Source of the DNA: Phoronis australis
Taxonomy: Eukaryota; Animalia; Phoronida
NCBI GenBank assembly: GCA_002633005.1
Contig: NMRA01000094.1
Coordinates: forward strand, 832,597-896,596
Length of the DNA: 64,000 nucleotides
Reading direction: 5' to 3'
The notes beneath the pieces were generated by a model. It saw only the letters and a list, made by a program, of their open reading frames with translations. It was not told the DNA's origin and ran no database searches. Both the position numbers and the translations under genes were made by a program. Below are positions 13,773 to 27,400 of the stretch, piece by piece (within the stretch, counting starts at the first letter, position 1; each line of letters opens with the position of its first letter).

Positions 13773-14501
13773 CTCCCTCTGTTGTCTTGTTTTGTTTCCG
13801 TTGCCATGTGATCAGTGCTGTACATCATGTTTAGATCTCTTTATTTATTTCAACTGTCTTCATACATTTTTTGAAGCACTTCAATAGAATGTCGAGTTAT
13901 TCAGTTTTAGGTAAGAAGTATATTAATATTATCAATTGTCAATTTTTTGCAAATGTAATTTTAAAAATCTTTTATCATAGGAGTATTATATCTTATTTTT
14001 TGAAATGGTGCTAACTGGTTAAACTTTAATTATGAAATTGTCACTACTATTTTCATGGCACTGTGATGAATCCAATTATTGTTGTTCAAAATTTTATCCA
14101 CTCTCCACTTCTTCAACATGCCATCCATTTCTGACTTGCATTTTCTCCAAGATCTTAATGTAATACTATGTTTTTAAAAGCTTTGTTTTGATCAAAAAAT
14201 ATGTAGCAATAAATATTTTAATGTTATATAATCTGGTTTCCTTCTGCAATAGGATACTTAACATTTCCCACTGGTTAGTGCTTGTGGTTCACTCCAGACT
14301 GCTTGCTGCATGTTTTTCTCAAGTGTCCTCACCTTATCACTGGTCTACCTGTGTTGTTGGAAAATGTGTGTAGTTAATAGCCAGTAGTTTTTGTTTAGGA
14401 CCTCTTGTTGAAGCAACGCACACCCAACACAAAGGAATGTGTATGCTGCTCAGACAGCCATTGACATCCCTCCAGTCTCCACATTAAGTGAGTGGATTTG
14501 A

Positions 14502-14507
14502 AATAAA
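14502..14507 (+). terminator. Putative poly(A) signal of the kazrin-like gene
   Basis: AATAAA about 730 nt after the stop, followed by a U/GU-rich stretch. An earlier AATAAA is at 14208-14213. Confidence 0.4.
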
Positions 14508-14579
14508 AACTGCAATTCATATGGCTATATTCACGTTTTGTTTCATAAACCACACGTTGCCATGGAATATTGTACTAAA

Positions 14580-14585
14580 TTTATT
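14580..14585 (-). terminator. Putative poly(A) signal of ABCB1
   Basis: TTTATT on + (AATAAA on -) about 890 nt beyond the ABCB1 stop, at the end of an AT-rich 3' region. Confidence 0.4.
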
Positions 14586-15239
14586 CAAATTCAACAACAT
14601 CAAAGTACATGATCAAAGCCTGTGGTTCTGTTAAATGAACAATTTTCATTTTAATATAAATATTTGTATAATATGTAAAGATCAAAAGAATTTAATTATG
14701 TTAAAATTAGCAAATAAATTAAAAACAGACCAAGTTCAATATTAATGTAGTAAATAAGTCTCCATTAAATAACAATTTATAAAAGACTGAACAAAACTTC
14801 AAAGCCGTAGAAAAAAAAATCATTTGGCAATATGTAATTATGGCATAGCAATGACTAGATCTCAAACAGTTATTACACAGCAAATCAAGAGGAAAGAAAG
14901 TCAATTAAAATATACATAAATAGTACTTCAGTGTGAAAAATTCTAAAATGTTTATGGCCCCACTGAAAATTTCTCATTTCAAGTAACTTTGATTTTAATA
15001 TGTCATAAAAATCTGCATGTATTTATGAAATAATTTCTTTACAAATAGCTAATTTGTTGCTGACGTTTCATAATATACATCTTATAATATGATAAGTCAT
15101 ATAGTCAGAGGTAAACTTACAAAACATTCAAAACACCACACATCATGCGATCACCACCACTTGTCAAAAATATGCACTGAAAAAACTGAATGTACATTCA
15201 AATTTGCTAGAACACTGGGCTTTGAAGGGTTCAGAATAT

Positions 15240-15468
15240 GGGCTTAGAATTTTGTCAATAGTTGTAAATCATGGGTGTGTGTGGTGCACACACAACAGGC
15301 CTTGTAAAATTGACATCCAAGGTCATTGAAGTCCCAGTTGGTCTGTATAATCAAACACAGCTCAATAAAGGGTTTATGATCCTGGCAGAGAAGATAATTG
15401 TTTTTCTGTCCCCTATGAGTTTTGAAAAGTCAAGCCCAGAATGAATGTGCTGTGCCCACCATATGGCC
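15240..15468. repeat. Dispersed repeat family C, copy in the ABCB1 3' UTR (other copies about 23460-23705 and 45000-45225)
   Basis: Shared blocks TAGAATTTTG..GTTGTAAATC.TGGGTGT, GTCC(C/T)AGTTGG.CTGT.TAA and TTTATG(A/G)TCCTGGC. Confidence 0.65.
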
Positions 15469-15472
15469 TCAG

Positions 15473-18400
15473 TTAACTGGCCTCCACAAATCTCTGCCCT
15501 GCAGTCAGTGCGTAGTAGGCGCCTTTCTTTGCTACAAGCTCCTGATGAGTTCCTTGTTCTACCATCACACCATTTTCAATGACCACAATGTTATCAGCAT
15601 TCTGGATGGTGGACAAGCGATGTGCGATGACAATGCAAGAACGACCTTCACGCGCCCGATCCAATGCAGCTTGAACCATCTAAGCAACACAAAATGTGAT
15701 AATTCATTAACATTTGTCTTTTCAAAGCATAACTGGTTATTACATTCCTTGTTATTGTTAAAAGATGCTAACACCACCTTTGGGAGTTAGATGAATTATT
15801 TAATGAAACATTAAAAGTACAAGGAAGGCTCAACAATCGGGCAATATTAACACATTAGAAAATTTTGGTCTTAGGTCAAACCGTTACAATGAAAGTTTAT
15901 GAAAACACTCTACAGCATCCAGTGTTTCGACGGACTTAACATAGCATTATTTTCCAGGAAACACTGTATCAGCAAACATACAGCCTACATTGTAGTGGAG
16001 TTCTGGGATCATAGTATCTTGCTGTGTGTTTTGTATTCATATGTTTCTAATTTTCTCACATTCACCTATCATAGTCAGTTTTACCTGAATGTAATGGAGC
16101 ATTAAGTCCATGGTAACATAAGATGTTGTATGTAGTGTATATATCAATTTGTGATATGGATATCATGGTATGTAGTATATATATCAACTTGTGATATGGA
16201 TATCATGGTATGTAGTATATATATCAACTTGTGATATGGATATCATGGTATGTAGTATATATATCAACTTGTGATATGGATATCATGGTATGTAGTGTAT
16301 ATATCAACTTGTGATATGGATATCATGGTATTTTGTTAATGTTGACCACCATTGTACCTTTTCACTCTCCGTATCTAAAGCTGAGGTAGCCTCATCCAGC
16401 AACAGTATCCGGGGGTTACATAACAGTGCTCTCGCTATGGCAACCCTCTGTTTCTGGCCTCCCGACAGCTGCGTCCCCTTCTCACCAACCATGGTACTGT
16501 ATCCCTGGTAAACAATCACAATTTGTCATGCACGCAGCCAATGACACCGTAGACATATTGTAAAATGTTTGATGAAGTGTCCATTGTGACATCTGCTAAT
16601 AAATGTTACTTGTCATCTCAAAAGCTTGTGTTTTCAAGTCTAATGAAACAACATATTTACATTTGTAAAACTGGAAAAACTGGAAACAGCAAGAAGTTTA
16701 TGTTAAAGCTTGTCACAATTCATCACGAGAGATCAGAGCCTGTATGCAGCTCAACAAATCTTTACATCAAATCTTGCCACGGCTCATTATGAAAGGTGAG
16801 CCTGTATGCACCTTTACAAGTCTACGTCAATTCTTGTCATGACTCACTATGAGAGGTGAGCCTGTATGCACCTTTACAAGTCTACGTCAATTCTTGTCAT
16901 GACTCACTATGAGAGGTGAGCCTGTATGCACCTTTACAAGTCTACATCAATTCTTGTCATGACTCACTATGAGAGGTGAGCCTGTATGCACCACTGCACA
17001 GTAAATGACAGTAATTGCACAAAATAACAAAGCATGTGATCATGACATGGTGATCAGCTCAATATACACCCTGGAATATATGGTCAGAACAAGCAAGCCT
17101 ATTAACCTTCACATCGTTTCGCAAATATTTTGTTTTCTTAACTATTAACTATATTCAACACACGTGGCTGAAATCACATGTGATTTAAACGACTTGATAT
17201 TATGAAATGGGTCTCAAAATTGAACTGTTGGTTATTCAAATTCCAGATGATTTTAAGATTTCGAAAGGACAGTTCATTATTGCGTGAGACCAGGCTCTAC
17301 AAGTTGGCTTGTGTCATTCTATGACCTCATCAAATAACGAACTGTTAGTTCTTTGCCAACCCAGGAGTCTGTTTCATGGAAAGTTACTTAAGACAGAAGT
17401 TTGGTCTTACTCAACATAACTATTTCTGAAAAATAATTAAATCTCATTAGAGCAAAGGTGCAGTCTCTGAGAACGTACACATAACTGCTAGTTACTAAGA
17501 TAATTTCTGTAAATTATTTCAGGACTGTGATGCAACTCATAATTACATGGCTAAGTGACTTAAAACTTAAGATAAAAACACGCTTCACAATTGGCATTAC
17601 GCTCCCACTTCACCATTAGTGAAAACCGATTTAGCCAAGTAACTTTGTCTGAAACTATGTTAAAGGTTAAATAATTTCACCAGGCAAAGTTAGTCCAGAA
17701 AATCTTTCAGTGACTAAAATATCAACATGATCAAGCATGTCAAGTAATATAGAGTACAATCTCACCTCAGGCAGAGACACTATAAAGTCATGTATATTGG
17801 CCTTCTTAGCCACCTCCATAATGTCATGGTCTGCTACATGTCCGTCCACTCCATAGGCGATGTTATCACGGATGGAGCAGTCAAAGAGAACAGGCTCTTG
17901 GCTGACCACACTGATTTGACTACGCAGCCAGTTGACGTTCAACTCTTTGATGTTGGTATCGTCTAAGAACTGTAAACACCACAGAATGAAAAGAACAAAA
18001 CCATTTTTAATGTGTTTAAGGAGCACAGATGCATGCTACTTATATTTCATCAAATATGGTCGATAAATGATATTACACCAGATTCGTCTTGATACCTCCG
18101 TGGAATAACCGTGTCACATGCCTAAGTACTAACTTAGAATGTACTGTCATGTGACACTGTTATTGCAGGGGAGATAATGAAAAGTGTGGCATATGTTAAA
18201 CTACACATACTTTATGTAGGTCAATGTTATTAGCCTCGGTTGCTGGGCGAATGTTATTAGCCTCGGTTGCTGAGAGAATGTTATTAGCCTCGGTTGCTGG
18301 GCGAATGTTATTAGCCTCGGTTGCTGGGCAGAGTAAGCATTTTCACTTGGCCTCCGGCCTCGTCTAATAATATTCACCCATATAAAAACACATCAAGTTT

Positions 18401-21400
18401 AACATATTTTATTATCCTACTAACAGAGCCAGTTATGTCACACTAAACCCTCTTCAGTGTAAGTTTCAGTTGTTTTACACCATGAACGTTAGATGAAATT
18501 TCTGACTTAATAAGATAATTAGACACTCATAATTATATTTAAGTCCCAGGCATCACTTATTATATCAAACAATTCTAAAGTGGACATCAAACTTGAGTGG
18601 CCCACTAATATTGTTTTTGAAGCAATCTACCAACTCCATTTGGTTCAAAGTCTTAACAGGTGTACTTTAGGAAACCTAACTGACCCAAGTATGCTACCTT
18701 TGTTACCAAGGATCAAAGTTCTTAAATAATAACAGACCCATAAAACTTTCCATTTCCAAAATCCTTGGAAGATCACAAAAACTTATCACGCACACAAAAA
18801 TAATGCCCAGATGTTCAGCTCTCATATAAACGATTTTTTTCTTGGTGTTATTCCCAGCAATGCGCATAAGATTATGTTTTCATGGCCATTTTGTGTTTTG
18901 AGAAGTGCATTGAATCATATTTAGTACAAGTTGTTAGAACAAATTCTCCCATTGCTAGTTGCACGTACCACTTGGCCAGAGTCAGGGTCATAGAACCTCT
19001 GTACCAAGGACACCACTGTACTCTTGCCTGCCCCGCTGGGCCCCACTAGGGCCACTGTCTGACCAGGGCTAACTGTGAAATTCAGGCCTTTCAGTACTTT
19101 GACCTCACGTCGGTTTTCATAACTGAATATGACGTCTTGGAATGTGACTGCTCCAGCAAAGGAATTCTGCTAAAACACAGCAAACAAAAGTCAATAAACA
19201 CCTGGCAACACAATGATCAGCACCTACACCCACACGAGTACACACACCAACACCCTCCCACACGAGTACACACACCAACACCCTCCCACACGAGTACACA
19301 CACCAACACCCACCCACACGAGTACACACACCAACACCCACCCACACGAGTACACACACCAACACCCTCCCCGTGTCTTACTCAACTTGGCCTTTGTTAA
19401 ATGCACACCAGAATGTAAAACTAGGTGGAGCCAAAGTCACTTTTATGCTATCACAATGAGAGAGCTGTAAGTTGGACGTTTTGTATTGGACAAAATTTCA
19501 CTCAGTCACACTGTATTTTCATGAATCATTCTCAAACAGGATGAACATTATCAAACGTGTTACAAACGATTAACAAATCACGTTTCACTAAGCAAGCATA
19601 ATGTTATTCAGATTTACCAAACCATGTTTCACTCAGCAATTGTGTGTTTTTCTCTTTTAACAAACTATGTTCTACTAAGCAAACATGTTATGTTTCTCAC
19701 GTTTAAACAAATATATTTTGTTGAACAATTTCAGCAGAAAATTTCATAACGTTGTGGTATGTAACAAGAGAAGCAATCAATGACAGGATGACATTTGAAC
19801 ATTTACAAGTCTCTCCTGCTTGAGAGAAGCTATCAATGATAGGATGGGACTTGAACATTTACAAGAATCTATCCAACTCGAGAGACGCTATAAGTCAGGT
19901 TGACCGTTGAACACTTAGAAGTGTCTCCCCAGCTTGAGAGAAGCTATCAAGGACAGGGTGTGAGTAAAACACTTACAAGAGTCTCTCCTGCTTGAGAGAA
20001 GCTATCAATGACAGGGTGTGTATTGAAGATCTTCAGAATGAGACTTGCCGAGTGTCTGGCCTTGGAGTAGTCTGGTAAGTAGGATGAGATCTGACCAAGC
20101 GACATACCAGAGAAAGCAAGAGCAAAGAAGACCCTGCAAGAACACAGTTATTTGAAATTTGTACGTACTACTAGGTGTTTTTTGGCAGCTCACAATGAAA
20201 CATATCTATAATTAATTTTAAAATCTAAAAGAATTTGTTAATATTACAAAGATTTCAGTGTGCTCCATTATTCAGTAGATGGAAAATCAGAAATAAATAT
20301 TATCCTTTCAAAGAAAAAGACATATGTCATGATAACAGTTGTTTTCCATCTCGATGTATTCAAACCATTGTGAGAGCAAAGTGTTAAATTTGTTCTTACC
20401 TAAATACGTTTTGGAACTCCATTTGTCCTTCAACAACAAGATATGCACCATAACGGAAGGCTCCAGCATACAAGAAGAAGATTACTGATTGTGAGAAGGC
20501 AAAGGCTAAACCGTACACTTGCGCCATCTTTAGGTGCTCTCTGAGAAACAGAAACAAAGACCTTGATGAAGTCGCTCTGCACTTTTAGCAAAACCTGCAA
20601 ACCTATACTCTTAGAGATTAGATAATGTCATAATCACTTTTAAGTTTTCAAGTCCTATTTCTAACTTGAAATTCATAGCTCAAATTTTCAAGAAACATTT
20701 TGTCTAATCTTTTCAACATGATTACTAATTTCTCACTTTATGAATATCAAAAACAAAATATTGCTTAGTCTTACTTTATAGATTAGCTTACACATCTCAA
20801 TTACATAATATGCATTACCTATTTCTGAAACTCAAGAACACAGAGCTGATTAAGGCTCATTCAAAACGCAAGCTAGAGTGTACGTGGACAACAGTATTTA
20901 TTAATGTAAAAAGTACTGAAAGTGTTTTTTAGATAACATAAGCATTACTTTAGGACATTCGATTTCACACGACAACTGCTCAATGTTTTATGGTAGTTAT
21001 AAGAGTCATGAAATAAGCAAGTAAACATTTTCTATGGTTACATTGTGGTCAAAATGGAGCTCATGTGTATAATTGTAGGATTAACAATCCACTCCTGGCT
21101 TGGCTAATCAAAACCCATAAGGGGTAATAAAATAATTATCTTCTCATCCAGAACCACAAACACTTTGTTCAACTGTAGTTACATAGTTCAACTGATTAAG
21201 AGCAAGGTTCACAAATAACTACTTTCACTGATCATGAAATTTCAAAAGGCTTATTGTGTGTGAACCACTCATGATTTAAAACCAACCCCCAAATTGTAAG
21301 CCATTACTGCCACTAGTTACCCCCTCCAAGCCCAAAATGATCTGCTTCCTTCTCATTTTACCATTTTACCTTATTTTGCAGGTGGCAATTTTTGACCCTC

Positions 21401-24400
21401 CTGACGCAACACTCAGTATAATTGGTTAACAACATGTCTGGTCAACACAACTCCAAATATATACCTGTATGGTTTCCGCAAGTATTCGCAATATTTCTCA
21501 TAGAACAGTCTCTCTCTCGTCAAGCTTTGAACAGTTCGCATGTTTTCAATGGCTTCACTTGCGATCTGTTCATAAACAAACAAAAAGTGAGTTAACAACA
21601 AGTACATGAGTTACCAGTAATGACCATATGCCAAATAAGGGCTGTTCATTTATGCAAATATTTCCACAGTATCCCGATCCATTTGAAAATCACCATCTGT
21701 CAGGCTCTCCTCAAAACAAATAGGTGAAACTTCATGAAAACCCATCGAGGTGTTTTTGAATTTTAACAGGGAGGAGATAAATGAGCAAACAATTAGGGAG
21801 ATTTAGCCATAGTAGAATTGACAGTGCTATATAACAACTGAGGATTGATGACACGTTTAAAGTAAGGTTACACAGACATGTCTGGATGGGTCACAACACA
21901 AGTGGAGGTTAAATGCAGAGGGTTTACTACCAAGAGTTTGTGAAGAGCATCGATGATTTTGGGACTGACCAAGTCATGGGAAAGAACTGAGTGACTAATG
22001 AGAAACAGCAAAAGCTGCTTCTGTTGACATCTGGCTGCAAAGAAGTAATGCCTGGCAAAATAACCATCTCACGACCAGACAGACAGAACCACGTCAGGGG
22101 GTCCGGGCATTATAGAGGTCATACTGGATTACTGTTGAAACAACTAATGACAATACCTAACCAGTTGAAGAAGCGACAGTACGCAGAATAAGTAAGAAAG
22201 CAGACGTTAAAAACACGACATTTTGTGTACCTTTCCCGCTTGTTCTTTAAATTCTGTGTCTCGCTGTTGATTCCTCTTCATAACTTTCATCTGAAGGATT
22301 CCTACAATTAAAGCTATGCTTTACTCAGTCAATACTCTCCACTATACAACAAGTCAAACCTCTGGGAACAAGAATTTTGTCCAATAATGAGCAAAATGGC
22401 CTGTGAAGAACACATCCACAGCACAACAGTGACTTTGGACAATATAACGCGAGATATTACTGTACCAAGGATGAAACTGAACACTACATGATCAGAGAAC
22501 CCAGACATGACTATTTCATTTAACAACAGAAATTTATCACCCTGTTCACGTGCAAGTTTATCGATGCTTCTCATGTTGGAAATGAAATGAACGACCATTA
22601 GACATCATACCAGCAACCATCATGAATGGTGAGCATCCCAGTATAGCTAGTGCCAACTGCCAGCCATAGTAGAAGGACAAGCCTGATGCAGCCAAGATAG
22701 TGCAGGCACCCTGCATTACAAACCCAATACGGATACCGGTAGCCTACAAAAGAGGGTGTTGAAGGTATGATACGCTGAGATTGACAAAAGTAGCCTGCAA
22801 AGGAGGTATGTAAACTAAACCTGATAAGGATATTAGTATCTTATAAGATATGGCCAACAGGTATGACAAAAAAACTTGATCAGAACGCTACATAACGTGA
22901 TGCAAAATTTAAGGGGTCTAAACAAGGTGTTGTGGATGACAGTTGCCTAAAGAGTGCGAGACAGGTATGGCACTTTAACTAGACCAGTAACCCAATAAAC
23001 AAGTGCCACAGCACAACCAAAGTGTCCCTAGGCCCTGTTGATGGACATGACTATAATGCTCACTTGTATCATTTGTGCAAAGATTAACAAGATGTCAGCA
23101 ACAATTTAACTGAAAATGGGAACACAGTGACAATTCCCAAAATTTGGAAATGAGAAAATTTCACTTAAAAAAATAATTTCCCATACCGTTCATGACATGA
23201 TGTGGCACGCTGCAACATTTCTCGCTATTACCTTGAAAATGAGGTCAAGGTTCTCAAATTCAGCCAAGATGCCCCACCTACACCTTGGTGTGTACTTTCT
23301 ACTTGAGAGTTATGTAAACAACATTACATTTTCCCTGTAGAACTCTCACATTTTTCATTATAACCTTGAAAACAAGGCCAAGGTCAACAAATGACTAGTG
23401 CCTGAGGATACCACACATACACAAAACGTACTTTCCTTCTCAATGGATTCTTTCTCAGTGCCCTAGAATTTTGCAGATGGTTGTAAATCGTGGGTGTCTA
23501 GTTCACATACAACAGGTCCCTTTAAACTGATATGCATGGTCAGTGAAAGCAGTTTTTTGTGAACCCTGTTCTTAGAAAATACAACCGTCCCAGTTGGCCT
23601 GTGTAAGTTAACACAACTTTTTGCAAAAGGTTTATGGTCCTGGCTGTATGGATTCTCAATAGCCTGAGACTGGAGCGACCAACACTTCTGTGCTAATATG
23701 TGGCAGGGTAGAATTACAAATTCAATATAAACTTCTCAAGAAAATAAATTAACATGCAATTTGAGTAAGCTAGTTTTTTCAAATCATTTGATATTTGGGA
23801 ACTTAAGAGTACCAAATATAAATATAGCTGGGAGAAAAAGTTTTAATATCACTGGCTGAGACTGGATATCACTGGCTGAGACTGGATATCACTGGCTGAG
23901 ACTGGATATCACAGGCTGAGACTGGATATCACAGCAAACTAAAATAAGGTGAAAAACAGCATAATTTTAGTCTTTCATTCTCCATAAATATAAAAACAGA
24001 TAAACAAGTAAATCACCTCTATCATTTAAAAGATCAACTCACAGTTTGCACTGTAGGGGCGTCGCTAGCCAGACGAGCTGTCAATGCACCAGTCGCGTGA
24101 TGAGGGTCATCAAAGTATGAGATATCCTGACGAACAAAACATGCAAAAGTCTTCTTCCTCAGACGTGTCGTCAATTTTTCACCGGATATTCCAAACATTC
24201 CTTGCTACAAGAAGAGAGAACTATGAACCCATTAATGTTTGTGTCATGAGTGGATTGAACAAAAGATTAAAACTAGCTCCAAATGTGCTCTCTCACAGTT
24301 ATTTCATCCACACCTATATTTATGACTCAATATCATTTTGGAAACAATTTTCAATCCCCTTCAAACAATAATTTGATAATCAAAACAATCCATTTTTTAA

Positions 24401-27400
24401 TGAATAATGCAGGACTGTATCTAACAACACAGTCTATAGAGAATGAGCTGCAGACTGAACAGTATATGACAACACAGTCTATAGAGTGAATGAACTGCAG
24501 ACTGAACAGTATATGACAACACAGTCTATAGAGTGAATGAACTGCAGACTGAACAGTATATGACAACACAGTCTATAGAGTGAATGAACTGCAGACTGAA
24601 CAGTATATGACAACACAGTCTATAGAGTGAATGAGCTGCAGACTGAACAGTATATGACAACACAGTCTATAGAGTGAATGAACTGCAGAGAACAGTATGT
24701 AACAACACAGCTTACATATAGAATGGCCTGCAGAGAACAGTAATGACAACAAAGCCTAAGGATATAATGAGCTACAGGGAACAGTAATGACAACACAGCC
24801 TATACAGAGAATGAACTGCAGAGAACAGTATATGACAACACAGTCTATAGGGACAATGGTATGCGGAGAACAGTCTGTATATGACAACACAGCCTATAGA
24901 GAAGGGCAGAATGACCTGCAAAGACCCTGTAGCATGCATGGTAAGAAGTCAACTAAAATGTTAAGCATGGGGACTAGAAGATAATGGACAACAAATGACA
25001 GTCACATTTTTACTTACCATGAGGAACTGTCCCAAGGCCTGACCACCACCGAGGACTAGGAACATGAGACTCCAGAAGACAGCATCTTTCTGCAGCTGCT
25101 CTTTGGGTTCACTGAACACCTGGACAGGTAAATAATGAAAATAGTTCAGTGAGCAACTTATGAGACATAGCGCTGTGATGTACTAATCACACTGGGTTGA
25201 ACTCTCCTCTTTCACAGAAGCAGAAAAATGCTTAACTGGCCTACATTTCAAAATGTCAGGCAGTCTTGAGATGATTAATAATAGAAGACCAATACACATC
25301 CAACACTGATATTTGACAATTGTTTGGAGTCAGCATCGCAACTCAAAATACAATGACACAAGTTTGTCTGTATTACATGATGAATAGTCTGTATTACATG
25401 ATGAATACTTGGAATATCAGATTTTGACCTTAGTACATTTACATATGTTCTTGACACATCTGCTGCTTTGTGAGTCAATGGAAAGTGGTGTTGTGTTATT
25501 TCAGGACGGACATACTCATCCACAATAATTACCTATTCGGAGCCCTTATACTTCCTACAGTATTGAGACCAATAGATCAAGCTTATTAGGTGTAATTATA
25601 AATACTACGCTCAGGATAACAAACTGGAAATTAAACACAGCATGAAATGAAACACCACACCACAGCAACTATGGAAACACTTAAATGGCACTGAACTGAT
25701 AGGTGTTGTTGTCCAAAGTTGAAAGTTGAGCAAGGTCTTGCAAGTCTTTGCAAGATATCGGTCAACTGCTAGGCAGATCATATGAGATAATAAATGCAGT
25801 CAACACAGACTAGGTCAAATCAAGACAGGAAGCAACAGTTTTGGTAATAAAATAAAAACACAAAAACGGTGTAGGAAATGTAAATAATTTTGCACTTAGA
25901 GATGGATTACCTTGACTAGTTCGCTGAAAATGATGGCAAAGAATGGCATACCAACACCGAGCAGAAGAGCTCCAACACAACCCAAAATGATGTAGCCAGT
26001 CTCTGGTTTGTTGAGAGCGAAGATCTCACAGTATCCAGCTTCTTTCACATCTTCCTCAGGCACCTGCATGTGTCCAAGATTTACACTAAACGTATCCAAG
26101 TTTTACACTAAACGTGTCCAAGATTTACACTAAATGTGTCCAAGACTTACACTAAACGTGTCCAAGATTTACACTAAACGTGTCCAAGATTTACACTAAA
26201 TCTATCCAAGATTTACATTTAAAGAGACTTAGTGTATCCAAGTTTTACGCTAAATGTATCCAAGTTTTACACTCGAGTGCACCCAAGCTTTACAATGAGT
26301 GTATCCAAGATTTACATTTAAAGAGACTTAGTGTTATCCAGGTTTTACACTAAGTGTATTCATGTTGTACACTTAATGTATCTAGGGTATAAAATAAATG
26401 CATCCAATTTTACAATAAATGAATCCAAATTGCACACCAAAAGTAACCAAGTTTTACACGAATTGTATCCAAATTTTACACCTATGGATCCAAGTTTTAC
26501 ACTAAATGTATTTAAGTTGGACACTAAATGTATCCAGATTTTACACTTATGTATCTGAGTTGTTCAATAAAATGTATTTGAGTTTCACACTACGTGTATG
26601 CAGGTTGTACACTGAATGTAACCAAGTTTTATACTAAACGAATAAGTGTGCTTCTACAGAGTAATTAAACCATTGTTGCAGAAGTAGAAAACATACCTTC
26701 AGACAGGAGTTGCAAAGCTGAATTATTTTTACACAAGTCAAGCTAAACATTTTCTTGTGAAACCACTCTGCACTCACCTCATCCTTTCCTTTTTTACTCT
26801 TGACAGAGTCCAACCTCTTCAAGGACGGCTGTCTCTGGTAGGAGTGAGCTGTGTCCAGCATACTGTGCTCTGGAAATAAGATGAGCTTAATGTCCATCAT
26901 CTCATTTCATTGAAGTACGCTTCAGTATAATGTATATCGTCTCATTGAGGCAAGCTTCAGCAATGTACATTGATAACGAGCTGTTATCAATTTCTCAGTG
27001 TTATAGGTGACTTCAAAAATTTAACCCAGCTCTCGTACAATATCAACATACTAACCTTCAGATAGAGTTACTGCGTCTTCGGCATCAGACAACTTCTGTA
27101 AAGTCACAAGCTTGTAATATGGACCTTGGTTGTTCATGAGGTCGTCATGACGACCAATTTCCACGACAGCACCATCTTCCATGACAAATATCAAGTCGAC
27201 ATTTTTAATGGTAGACAAGCGATGTGCAATCATTACAGTGGTTCTGCCTTCGCTCGCCTGGAAGATAAGATTGTCTTTTTATTTTTTTGATGTTAAGTAA
27301 CAAGAGTAATAATAATCAAAAGAAAATAACATAAATCCAACAACACACAAATGCCTTTTTACAACCACTTATTAATACAACACTACCCCTGCCCATTCAA

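Noticed and set aside
22744-22797. Duplicated acceptor (TTTGCAG|GCTAC) 51 nt upstream of the ABCB1 exon start at 22743
   Set aside because: The in-frame extension ends in TAG at the true acceptor, so it cannot give a longer protein. The similarity is short.
24410-24900. CRISPR-like regular repeats (also 28770-29075, 43612-43862, 44398-44722)
   Set aside because: Head-to-tail units with no unique spacers, in eukaryotic introns, with no cas genes.
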